Origin: Candidatus Poseidoniales archaeon
GTDB lineage: Archaea; Thermoplasmatota; Poseidoniia; Poseidoniales; Poseidoniaceae
NCBI GenBank assembly: GCA_003602645.1
Contig: QQSI01000040.1
Location: 4,152 to 68,151, forward strand
Direction of reading: 5' to 3'
DNA: 64,000 nucleotides
This document shows, one piece after another, positions 18,485 through 26,567 of this stretch (positions are counted from its first letter, which is position 1; each line of letters starts with the position of its first letter). A model generated the notes under the pieces. The model made no database searches. It was not told the origin of the DNA and saw nothing but the letters and a program-made list of their open reading frames with translations. Position numbers and translations under genes: made by a program.

Positions 18485-18988
18485 TCAGTGGTGGTGGCCA
18501 CCAGGTCCATGGACGTGTCCGTGGTCCAATTCTTCTGGTGTTGCAGGGCGTAATTCAACAATTTCAACAGCAAAAGTCAGCGATTTTCCTGCGAGAGCGT
18601 GGTTGAAATCTGCGGTGACCAATTCGTCAGTGAGGTTGGTAATGGTAAATGGAGAAGGTCCGTGTGGCATCTGTGCCACGAGTTGCATTCCAGTTTCCAA
18701 AGTGTTTGTTGCTTCGAGTTGGGCGAACTGCTCACGTGGAATTTCCATGACTGCTGCGTCGTCACGATCGCCGTATGCCTGGTCGGATTCTAAGGTGAAT
18801 TCTTTCCGATCTCCCACCTTTGCGCCCATTATTTCTTGCTCAAATCCTGGTATCATTTGCTTTAATCCCACGATGAAAGTCAACGGCTCGCGCCCTTCAC
18901 TGCTATCAAAAACTTCACCGCTTTCAGGGAGTGTTCCTGTATAATGTACGCTAGCAACCATTTTGTCGCTTACTGTATGTTCTGTCAT
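18485..18988 (-). CDS. FKBP-type peptidyl-prolyl cis-trans isomerase (SlyD-like) with a His-rich C-terminal tail
   Basis: The FKBP fold is indicated by VHYTGTL.SGEVFDSS..REPL.F.VG...IPGFE. The insert-in-flap region and a C-terminal HGHVHGPGGHHH metal-binding tail resemble SlyD. The ATG is at 18988. Confidence 0.8.
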   Translation of the reverse strand: MTEHTVSDKMVASVHYTGTLPESGEVFDSSEGREPLTFIVGLKQMIPGFEQEIMGAKVGDRKEFTLESDQAYGDRDDAAVMEIPREQFAQLEATNTLETGMQLVAQMPHGPSPFTITNLTDELVTADFNHALAGKSLTFAVEIVELRPATPEELDHGHVHGPGGHHH

Positions 18989-18993
18989 AATAT

Positions 18994-19974
18994 TCACCTT
19001 CTTGTTGTCATTTTATTGACTAAATCTCGTAATTTTTGAGCTGCGTCTTCAGGAAGAATTTCTTCCATCACTTTTTGCTCTATGAACTCAATGCAATCGG
19101 ATACACCGATTCGCTCTCCCTTGGCCCAAACTTGCCCAAGGATGTTCGATCTATGCTCCTCAGGAATGTTTGGATTATCCAAAATATCCCTTGCAGCATA
19201 CTTGTACTCAAGGTACTTTTGTCGGTTCAACTTCTTTTCTTGCTTTTGTCGACCGCCACCTTTCTTGTCGTGGCGTCGGCGTTTGCGGCGTCGATCCCCA
19301 GATGGTTTTGCTACATCAGTTTGAATGGTTTTGAACACATTGATCGAACCTTGTTTTGGTTCCGATTGAGACACCGGTGATGCAACTGGTTCGATCTTCA
19401 CTTTGTCAGTTTCGATGCTCGGTTCGATGGTGGTCTCTTGAACCGGTGAAACGGCAACGGTGTCTGGCTGCACTTCGCTAGGAACGTCTGCTGGCTTCGC
19501 TTTTGCTTTGGCATTTTGCCGTGAAAGTTCCGACTTCCTCCGCAGTTCTGCGAGACGATCTTCGTGAGAAACTTGTGGCTTGGGAGCTGCTGGTTTTGCA
19601 ACCGAGGTTGTCATAGTCGGGGCGAAGGTTTCCTTTTTGGGTTCCGGCTTAGAGGTGGTTGGTTTTGAGACGCCGCCTTGCTGGCGCTTCATTCGCTCCA
19701 TCGCTTCTTTTTGCTTTTTTGCCAACTCAGTCATCCCAGAATTAGCATCGACTTGGGGGGTGGTGGATCGCGTGGGCGCAGGACGTCGTTCCACGCTTTT
19801 TCGTTCAGTTTGACGCTTGTTGCGTTGTGCGGAAGCGTTCGGGGCGAACGGGTTGAACGGCTCGTCCCGTTTTTTCCTTCCATTTCGGTCTGCGATACGA
19901 GAGGCCCCCACGCTGTTCCCGCTTGTGACCGTATAAAAACAATGAGTGTCCCATGCCGTGATTAAACTGGCCAT
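18994..19974 (-). CDS. Lys/Pro/Thr-rich low-complexity protein with a small structured C-terminal domain
   Basis: This 326-aa protein is mostly basic and predicted disordered (KKRDEPFNPF, KPTTSKPEPKK, RRRKRRRHDKKGGGRQKQEKK). A C-terminal segment of about 80 aa looks globular (YLEYKYAARDIL...ILGQVWAKGERIGVSDCIEFIEQKV). It overlaps the Kae1 stop by 13 nt and ends 4 nt upstream of the FKBP start. Confidence 0.5.
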   Translation of the reverse strand: MASLITAWDTHCFYTVTSGNSVGASRIADRNGRKKRDEPFNPFAPNASAQRNKRQTERKSVERRPAPTRSTTPQVDANSGMTELAKKQKEAMERMKRQQGGVSKPTTSKPEPKKETFAPTMTTSVAKPAAPKPQVSHEDRLAELRRKSELSRQNAKAKAKPADVPSEVQPDTVAVSPVQETTIEPSIETDKVKIEPVASPVSQSEPKQGSINVFKTIQTDVAKPSGDRRRKRRRHDKKGGGRQKQEKKLNRQKYLEYKYAARDILDNPNIPEEHRSNILGQVWAKGERIGVSDCIEFIEQKVMEEILPEDAAQKLRDLVNKMTTRR

Positions 19975-20978
19975 GTGACGGGTGTTTGGTCCGTTCGAAG
20001 GTATTGGTCGACCGCGCTTTGTGCATAGGAGGTTGTTCGTCCATGATCAAGCTCGATCTTACCAAGAAGGGCAATCATGGAACCGTTGTCAATACAGAAC
20101 ATCCTTGGTGGTGCATGAGAGGTTGCATCTCGCTCTTCAGCCATGAGTGTGCACATTTCTCTTAGTCGATTATTGCACGCAACGCCGCCTCCTAACAAAA
20201 CTTCTGACTTTCCTGTGTGTGCCAATGCTCGCTCAGCAATCTCTACACAGGCCGCAAACGAATGCTCTTGCAGTGACCAACACACAGCACCCAATTCTGC
20301 ACCGTTGTCCAACAGTCTTTGAGCGGCGGTCATAACTCCAGAAAAGGCAAGATCCATACCACGTACAGCAAAGGGTAATTCGAGTCCCTCTAAACTTGCA
20401 TTTGGGTTTTTGTCAAGCCATTCACTCGCGAGTTTTTCGATGACTGGGCCACCAGGGAATGGGATGCCTTGCCCTCGTGCAAACTTATCGAGCATGTTTC
20501 CAATGCCAATGTCTAGTGTTTCACCGAGCACTCTGTACCGACCATCGAGGTGTGCAATCACCTGAGTGTTTCCACCTGAGACATAGAGGAGAATAGGATC
20601 GCTGCACCCACATTGTTGACGTCCAATTTCGATATGAGCGACGCAGTGATTGACGCCGATGAGAGGGGTTTCTAATTTACTCGCTAGTCCACGGGCAATG
20701 GCTGCTCCTACCCTCAAACACGGGCCTAGACCTGGACCCTGTGAATAGGCGACAGCTCCGATGTCATCAGCGGCGATTCCATTGGCCTCGAACAAGCGTT
20801 GTAGCAATTCAGATGCAGCGTTTTTGTGATGGTCTGCTGCCTCACGTGGATGAATGCCACCTTCGTCTGGGCGAACGGTCGATGAACTGGATGGTGCAGG
20901 GTTTCCATCTGCATCTACCAAACCAAACGAAAGGGTGTGAGCGGTTGATTCGATCCCCAATGTCCAGAGGCCCGGCAT
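19962..20978 (-). CDS. kae1: tRNA N6-adenosine threonylcarbamoyltransferase Kae1 (TsaD/Kae1/Qri7 family), not fused to Bud32
   Basis: LGIESTAHTLSFGL, AYSQGPGLGPCLRVGA, GVNHCVAHIE and LLYVSGGNTQV are Kae1 signatures. The ATG at 20978 gives MPGLWTLGIE. Confidence 0.85.
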   Translation of the reverse strand: MPGLWTLGIESTAHTLSFGLVDADGNPAPSSSSTVRPDEGGIHPREAADHHKNAASELLQRLFEANGIAADDIGAVAYSQGPGLGPCLRVGAAIARGLASKLETPLIGVNHCVAHIEIGRQQCGCSDPILLYVSGGNTQVIAHLDGRYRVLGETLDIGIGNMLDKFARGQGIPFPGGPVIEKLASEWLDKNPNASLEGLELPFAVRGMDLAFSGVMTAAQRLLDNGAELGAVCWSLQEHSFAACVEIAERALAHTGKSEVLLGGGVACNNRLREMCTLMAEERDATSHAPPRMFCIDNGSMIALLGKIELDHGRTTSYAQSAVDQYLRTDQTPVTWPV

Positions 20979-21029
20979 GGTGGGTGGTTGAAGCCATTGT
21001 TCTTCAACCCTCAGCCTCAGCAAGGAGCA

Positions 21030-22295
21030 ATGCGGACCGTTTTGTTGGACATCGGGCCCATGGCACATCTTGGAGGAAAGGGCTCTTTGTCTGGAACCTC
21101 AGCAACTGACTATGAATTATTGACATCTCCTGCTGGAAAAGGAATTGTAGTGAATGACGGCGTTATTGAGAAAATTGAAGAATCATCCGAACTTCGTTCC
21201 GAGTATGGCTCACCACAAGAATCGACCGTTGACGTATCCATTCAATCCTTGGAGGGTTGTGCGGTTGTTCCTGGTTTAGTGGATGGACATAACCATTTGA
21301 TTTGGTCCGGTGATCGTTCGAATGAGATGACGATGAAGCAGCAGGGAATGACATATCAACAAATCGCGGCTAATGGCGGCGGCATCCAGCACACTGTGAG
21401 GGAAACCTCAGAAGCCACATACGAAGAGCTGGTTAAATCGGGTTACCAACGTATGCGCCAGGCTCTTCTTCATGGTACAACACACTTAGAAAGCAAAAGC
21501 GGATATGGCTTGTCGACAGAATCAGAGCTAAAACTCCTGAATGTTGCACATGACCTAAGCCAGATGAATCACCTCCCCACCATGGAGTTGACATGGCTTG
21601 GCGCCCATGATACACCTAAAGGTGTCAATCGCACAGACTATGTTGAGGAAATTCTAAGCGACCAACTTCCCAAAGTACTTGATCAAGGCTATGCTGATGC
21701 CGCTGATGTCTTTTGCGAGCCAGGCTGGTTCACTGTCGAGGAGAGTGAATTGATATTGTCCGCTGCCGGAAAGGGTGGTCTTCGACAACGGATTCACATT
21801 GATGAATTCGAGGATGGTGGTGGTGGAGAATTGGCAGCATCACTGGGTGTCGTTACTGCTGATCATGCCCATTACACTGCGCCTGAAACGCGGTTGAAGA
21901 TGGAATCCGCCGGCGTCAATACTGGATTTTTACCAGGAACCCCCTATACAATGGGTGCAGAATGGCCTTCATTTTCAGATGCCACTGAACAGGGGATTCG
22001 GTGGACAGTTGCAACGGACTTCAATCCAAATTGTAATATTCTCAGCATGCCGCTGATTGGATCTATGCTTGTTCACCGTAACCAAGTTGACCCACTGCTT
22101 GCATTGGTGGCCTCAACCAGAAATGCGGCAGAAACGACTCCACACCCAACGGGGATGCCACATGGGCGAATCGAGGTTGGCGCAGTCGCTAACCTCAATG
22201 TGCTCGATGGGTACCAATGGCAATCATGGTGCAATCGTCCTGGTACCACGCCTTTCAAATCCACCATGTTGAATGGTACTTTGATTCACCATTGA
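21030..22295 (+). CDS. hutI: Imidazolonepropionase HutI (amidohydrolase)
   Basis: PGLVDGHNHL, GGGIQHTVRETS, TTHLESKSGYGL, LGAHD, HIDEF, ADHAHY and TDFNP are present. The ATG at 21030 is preferred over the TTG at 20988. Confidence 0.85.
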   Translation: MRTVLLDIGPMAHLGGKGSLSGTSATDYELLTSPAGKGIVVNDGVIEKIEESSELRSEYGSPQESTVDVSIQSLEGCAVVPGLVDGHNHLIWSGDRSNEMTMKQQGMTYQQIAANGGGIQHTVRETSEATYEELVKSGYQRMRQALLHGTTHLESKSGYGLSTESELKLLNVAHDLSQMNHLPTMELTWLGAHDTPKGVNRTDYVEEILSDQLPKVLDQGYADAADVFCEPGWFTVEESELILSAAGKGGLRQRIHIDEFEDGGGGELAASLGVVTADHAHYTAPETRLKMESAGVNTGFLPGTPYTMGAEWPSFSDATEQGIRWTVATDFNPNCNILSMPLIGSMLVHRNQVDPLLALVASTRNAAETTPHPTGMPHGRIEVGAVANLNVLDGYQWQSWCNRPGTTPFKSTMLNGTLIHH

Positions 22296-22340
22296 TATAT
22301 TTCTAAATGCCAACTCAAATCCTTTTGCTATAAAACGTGG

Positions 22341-22694
22341 GTGAAATGTATGGATTCAGAAATCAATAATGTTCTTGTCGAAACTGTAGTTTGTGCCGGA
22401 GCCGAAGGAAAGGAAGCGAGATTTTTGCGGATGATCGAAACGCGCCAGGCATTCAAACGTCGCCAGAAGGGGTGCCTAGCTGCCTGGGTTGGATCATCAA
22501 CCGATGGAATAGGATTGGTACTGGTTCAAACTGTATTCTCTGATCGTGACAGTTGGAAAACCATTTCTGAATCCGTTGTCAACACACTCGACGCAAAAGA
22601 CGGTGGTCTTGAGTCTGTATTGGCCGGCCCTCCCCTTGTTGGAATGTTCGAAATTGATCCATCCAAACTGAATCTGGATGATGCACGGGAATAA
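22341..22694 (+). CDS. Hypothetical small protein (possible ABM/Dabb-like alpha+beta barrel)
   Basis: A 117-aa ORF. Only weak pattern similarity to stress-responsive alpha+beta barrel proteins can be claimed. Confidence 0.3.
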   Translation: MKCMDSEINNVLVETVVCAGAEGKEARFLRMIETRQAFKRRQKGCLAAWVGSSTDGIGLVLVQTVFSDRDSWKTISESVVNTLDAKDGGLESVLAGPPLVGMFEIDPSKLNLDDARE

Positions 22695-22963
22695 TCACTC
22701 AAATCCCGCACCACATTGTGTCGCATAATGTATGTTATACGACACCGAACGAAATTTGCGATTTTTCGGGTGTTTCCGTCCTTTCCAAATCATAGAGCAG
22801 TACATCGTTTAGCCCCGTCCACGAGAAAAATATTTTCAAAAATTCTGACTTTTTGCCCATCAAGGAGGGGGTTTGAGGGTGGAATAACGTCTTTTTTGAA
22901 AAAGTCCATGCTTGACATGAAATTTTGTCGAAGCAACTAAGAAATGAATATCTCAGGAGGAAA

Positions 22964-23125
22964 TGAGTTCGATGTCTGCAGTAGAAGGATTCTGTTTGAA
23001 GTGCAAGACCTATGGTCCGATTAAGGACGGCCAACTGATCAAAATGAAAAATGGGCGTACGCGCATGGCGGGCTTCTGCTCACAACCAGGATGCAGTGGA
23101 AAAATTTCTAAGATCGTGAGCTAAC
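22964..23125 (+). CDS. Small zinc-ribbon protein (DUF5679-like)
   Basis: My own translation gives MSSMSAVEGFCLKCKTYGPIKDGQLIKMKNGRTRMAGFCSQPGCSGKISKIVS. It has a CxxC...CxxC pattern with a KMKNGR core. AGGAGG lies just upstream. It is absent from the ORF track because it is under 60 aa. Confidence 0.65.
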
Positions 23126-23182
23126 TTCACTGATTCGAACCGATGCGGTTTAATACACCGGTTCGGTGGCCAAATTACCTAG

Positions 23183-23258
23183 GGGCTCGTGGTCTAGGGG
23201 TTATGACGTCGCCTTGACATGGCGAAGATCGAGAGTTCAATTCTCTCCGAGCCCACCA
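23183..23258 (+). tRNA. tRNA-Val (anticodon GAC) with an encoded 3' CCA
   Basis: A hand-folded cloverleaf gives acceptor gggctcg/cgagccc, D-arm gtc...gac, anticodon stem tcgcc/ggcga with loop ttGACat, T-arm gagag/ctctc with loop ttcaatt, a discriminator A and a CCA end. Confidence 0.85.
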
Positions 23259-23342
23259 ATCCTTCAACCATTCAATCTATGATTTTTGAATTATTATATT
23301 TTGTAAAGGTAAAAATATAATGAGTATCTCTGAGAGATTTCA
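23259..23342. terminator. AT-rich intergenic spacer with oligo-T tracts, a putative bidirectional archaeal terminator
   Basis: The region is about 75% AT (gatttttgaattattatattttgtaaaggtaaaaatataatg). It lies between the convergent tRNA-Val and the zinc-ribbon gene. T-stretches occur on both strands. Confidence 0.3.
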
Positions 23343-23714
23343 TTAATCTTCAATACGAGTCAAATCTTCCGGACTTGGTAAGACGAGATCGTCTGGGTCG
23401 ACGCGAGCAAGCGGTCGTTCTTCGATTTCTTCCATTGTGAAATCCGATGAGCCGCCATCCCAATTCACTAAATCCTCGGTTTCCTCAAATATTTCATCAG
23501 GCAGAGCCTGTTCTGTGGACAGCGAATATGCCGCAGGGTCTATTGGTTCACGACGTACAGGTTCGGCATTGGCAGGAACAAAGCGCTCTTCCATATGGAT
23601 GCCGGAGTGGAAGGTGCCACATTCAGAACATCGAACGGTGCCGCTTCTCTCAAAACAACCACAGTTAGGACAAGATGCCAAGGTAGCATACACCTTCAAT
23701 GGATCCTTGCCCAT
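23343..23714 (-). CDS. Zinc-ribbon protein with an acidic C-terminal tail
   Basis: CPNCGC...CSECG is a 4-Cys ribbon. An acidic Glu/Asp-rich tail follows. The ATG at 23714 lies 4 nt after the stop of the upstream EF-hand gene. Confidence 0.5.
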   Translation of the reverse strand: MGKDPLKVYATLASCPNCGCFERSGTVRCSECGTFHSGIHMEERFVPANAEPVRREPIDPAAYSLSTEQALPDEIFEETEDLVNWDGGSSDFTMEEIEERPLARVDPDDLVLPSPEDLTRIED

Positions 23715-23718
23715 TCCA

Positions 23719-25605
23719 TCACTCCACGAACATGTCTTCCTGGTAGCCCGTGATGATATCCCCTGTACCATCTTCCTCGATTGTCACGGTTTCGTCTTCG
23801 TCATCGAACTCTATGATTGTTCCAAAGACCTCCTCGTCCTCAAGTGTAAGACCGATGTGTGAGCCAATATCGATTTCTCCTTCCCCTTCATCATCCTCAT
23901 CTTCCTCAGGTTCATCTGACTCGTCATGAGATTCATCATCCAACTCTTCATCTTCGAAATCCTCTTCGAGAGCCTCTTCCATTTCTTCTTCGAGGTCCCC
24001 ATCATCATCATTATCTTCAGATTCGGACGAAGCATCTGCTTGATCGTCTTGGACTTCCTTCATTGCCTTAGCGCGTGCACGCCAGCTAGGCATGAGCGCT
24101 AGATGCATGTAAAGTGAACCAGCTAATCCTGCTGCGCCAAGTACCATAAACAAAATACCGTCCCAATAGAAACCAGCAGGCATCGAACTTGCTTCACCAC
24201 TTAGGGGCGTTAACGAGTTCTTACAGTCGCCTTCCTGAATTGCTGGATCACAAGGGTAAGAATCACCTTCGGCAAGACCCGCAGGAGGGAGTAAATTGCC
24301 TTTGGTCTCTAGCTCAATTGGGCCGCCAGTTCCATCGACAATGACACCGAATCCATTCACGACCCACACGGCAATGAAAAGGCCAAATGCTAAGTGAATC
24401 AACGGCCATACATATTCGTTCCATTGCTTCCCCATCATGCGCTTTTGCATATCAGTTGGGAAGGGTTTGGTTGGTTTGCTGATGACAGCTCTTTCATCCG
24501 TTGCTTCATCGGCATCTGCCAAATTTTCTAAAGCTGTGATGAATTCTATCATGTCCACCGTTCGATCGTTGTCATCATCAACTTCAGACAGGAATTCTTC
24601 GATATCCTTGTGACCGATTTCATCATCAAAGAGCTTGTTCAATTCGTTCATTAGTTCGACAACATCGACGCGCCCATTGGCATCTCTGTCAATGCTCTTG
24701 AAGAATTGAGCTGGCGAGGTTTCCATTTCATCCATGGCATCAGCGATTTTGCGAATGAGCGAAACCTCCTCGATGCTTTCTTCTTCTGAAGGATCTTCAT
24801 CGGACGCCTCATCTTCGTCCATTGATTCTTCGCCGTTTTCCTCTTCTGAATCCAATGTTTCCTCTTCGACCACCTCTTCGTGTTCTGATTCAGAATCTTC
24901 AGATTCGTCATCATCCTGGGAATCTTGGATTTCCTCTTCATCAAGGTTTGATTCTGTTTGAACTTCTTCGTCAGGTTCGCCTTCATCCTCTGTTTCAATT
25001 TCCTCTTCTGGATCATCATCCACTTGGATTTCGGGATCGGTTTCCACCTCATCGTCTGAGTCATTGTCTTCTTCGTTTTCCGAATCTTCTTCCATTGCAT
25101 CCTCATCTTCAGAGGTTGTTGAATGATCCATTTTTTCGTCTTCTGGCAAGTCATCTCCGGTGATGGTTTTATGCAACTCAGCAAGGTCAATCCTTCCATC
25201 TCCGTCAGCATCGATTGTCTCAATGAGGCGCTCAACTTGAGATGGTGGCAAATCTGCTAGATTGAGGCTCAACAGTCCTGACTTCAATTCACTTGAGTCG
25301 ATTTGACCATCGCCATCCTTGTCAAATTTATTGAACAGCATCGGAATTGTAATCCCTGTTGTTGCCAACCAATTGCGCAGCACATCAACGACGTCGTCGG
25401 CGATAAAAACTGTACCACAGTGGCTACATTTTGTGGAATCTAAAGGCACGAGGCCACCGCATGCACCGCACTCTCCGAGGGCTTCATCGGATACACCGGA
25501 AAAAGAAATATTACATTCAGGACATTTGGTTGAATCGAGGGGAATTACTGCTCTGCAAGCACCACATTCTCCTGTAGCAACTTCTTCAGTCTTGTCTTCG
25601 GACAT
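23719..25605 (-). CDS. Membrane protein with N-terminal double zinc ribbons, four EF-hand calcium-binding loops and long poly-acidic tracts
   Basis: Two CGAC..(11)..CxxC ribbons are present. Four canonical 12-residue EF loops occur in two pairs: DKDGDGQIDSSE and DADGDGRIDLAE, then DRDANGRVDVVE and DDDNDRTVDMIE. A tract of about 150 aa is almost entirely D/E. Two TM helices flank an exposed loop containing Cys. A second acidic tail follows. The ATG is at 25605. Confidence 0.7.
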   Translation of the reverse strand: MSEDKTEEVATGECGACRAVIPLDSTKCPECNISFSGVSDEALGECGACGGLVPLDSTKCSHCGTVFIADDVVDVLRNWLATTGITIPMLFNKFDKDGDGQIDSSELKSGLLSLNLADLPPSQVERLIETIDADGDGRIDLAELHKTITGDDLPEDEKMDHSTTSEDEDAMEEDSENEEDNDSDDEVETDPEIQVDDDPEEEIETEDEGEPDEEVQTESNLDEEEIQDSQDDDESEDSESEHEEVVEEETLDSEEENGEESMDEDEASDEDPSEEESIEEVSLIRKIADAMDEMETSPAQFFKSIDRDANGRVDVVELMNELNKLFDDEIGHKDIEEFLSEVDDDNDRTVDMIEFITALENLADADEATDERAVISKPTKPFPTDMQKRMMGKQWNEYVWPLIHLAFGLFIAVWVVNGFGVIVDGTGGPIELETKGNLLPPAGLAEGDSYPCDPAIQEGDCKNSLTPLSGEASSMPAGFYWDGILFMVLGAAGLAGSLYMHLALMPSWRARAKAMKEVQDDQADASSESEDNDDDGDLEEEMEEALEEDFEDEELDDESHDESDEPEEDEDDEGEGEIDIGSHIGLTLEDEEVFGTIIEFDDEDETVTIEEDGTGDIITGYQEDMFVE

Positions 25606-25676
25606 GGGCACACCTAATCCACCGACTACAACAACGGATATAATGATTCATAGTCTTTCAACGGTTACCCATACCA

Positions 25677-26567
25677 ATGGAGGGCTCAAACATGAGTGGC
25701 GTGACGATGAAAAACCTCCTACGCGGACAGGTTTACAGTTGCAATTTTGCCGATGGAACAACCATGTTTGAATGGATTGATCTCACATCCCAATCAAAGG
25801 ATGACCACCTCGTTTTTGTCTCTAGACTCCCACACAGAAGATTGCTCGACCGCATTGATGTCTCAAAGGTCGAAACATATTGGATGACGCACCGGGTGGG
25901 CCAAGCCCATATCGCCCCTGATTTGGAACAGTTACACAAACTCATGCTTTCCCGTATATCCAACCATCATGGATGTATTATTCTCGAAGGGTTAGAATGG
26001 TTAGTGACCTTGCACGGAGAAACGGTGGTGTTGAACTTCGTTCGTAGTTTGAGGGATGATTTACATCGAACTCAATGGTCGATTTTGATCCCCATCAAAC
26101 CGCTCGCCTTCAATTCAATTTGGTTGGCGCGTTTTCACCGTGAGGCGCCAGATATTTATTTGATGATAGAAGACCATGCCGAAGAAGTCATTCATAATGT
26201 GGAAGTGGACGTCGAGGAACCAAAAACAGAAGCCGCATCAACAGAGGAAGGATTACCGGTGCTGGTGATGCTGAACCGGCTTCCTAAGGTTGGGTTTACC
26301 AAGTCCATTCTACGAAAGCGAATTTTACAATGGCGGAGGATGGGGCTTGATGTCTCAGAAGTTGAACCCGCCCTCCATTTAGGCCCCGCAGCATCATACG
26401 ATTTGTATGCTGTTGTTGAAGAAAAAGTTCGTCGCGCTGTGGAACTCGAACAATTGGTCGATGCAACTCAAGAACACCTCACCGCAAGTGAACAAACCAC
26501 ATGTAAATTTAGAATCCGTCAACTCACTGGATTCGATGATATCCAAGCGATGTTAATGTCCCGGTAG
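25677..26567 (+). CDS. DUF835-like domain protein (archaeal signalling-associated domain)
   Basis: The core LMLSRISNHHGCIILEGLEWLVTLHGETVVLNFVRSLRDDL...ILIPIKPLAFN fits the DUF835 pattern as I recall it. It is divergent from the EF-hand gene, with about 70 bp between them. Confidence 0.45.
   Translation: MEGSNMSGVTMKNLLRGQVYSCNFADGTTMFEWIDLTSQSKDDHLVFVSRLPHRRLLDRIDVSKVETYWMTHRVGQAHIAPDLEQLHKLMLSRISNHHGCIILEGLEWLVTLHGETVVLNFVRSLRDDLHRTQWSILIPIKPLAFNSIWLARFHREAPDIYLMIEDHAEEVIHNVEVDVEEPKTEAASTEEGLPVLVMLNRLPKVGFTKSILRKRILQWRRMGLDVSEVEPALHLGPAASYDLYAVVEEKVRRAVELEQLVDATQEHLTASEQTTCKFRIRQLTGFDDIQAMLMSR

Noticed and set aside
20978-21030. The very short (about 50 bp) divergent spacer between kae1 and hutI, which could be a mis-called start
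   Set aside because: Both refined ATG starts give canonical N-termini (MPGLWTLGIE for Kae1 and MRTVLLDIG for HutI). Archaeal leaderless divergent promoters can be this compact. I kept it, but the HutI start could also be the Met at 21060.
22716-22940. A 74-aa ORF in the intergenic region upstream of the small zinc-ribbon gene
   Set aside because: Its composition is basic and hydrophobic with no motif. The region is better explained as the promoter and leader for the downstream RBS-bearing small gene.
23800-25100. Possible CRISPR-like or tandem-repeat array suggested by repetitive DNA
   Set aside because: The repetitiveness is short GAN/GAY codon periodicity from poly-Asp/Glu coding, not repeat-spacer architecture. 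No direct repeats of 24-40 nt with unique spacers are visible anywhere in the window.
24651-25235. A Lys-rich 194-aa ORF on the minus strand and a Ser-rich ORF on the plus strand (24734-24961) inside the EF-hand gene
   Set aside because: These are alternate-frame or antisense readings of the GAA/GAT-rich DNA that encodes the poly-acidic tract. Low-complexity repeats generate long spurious ORFs in every frame.
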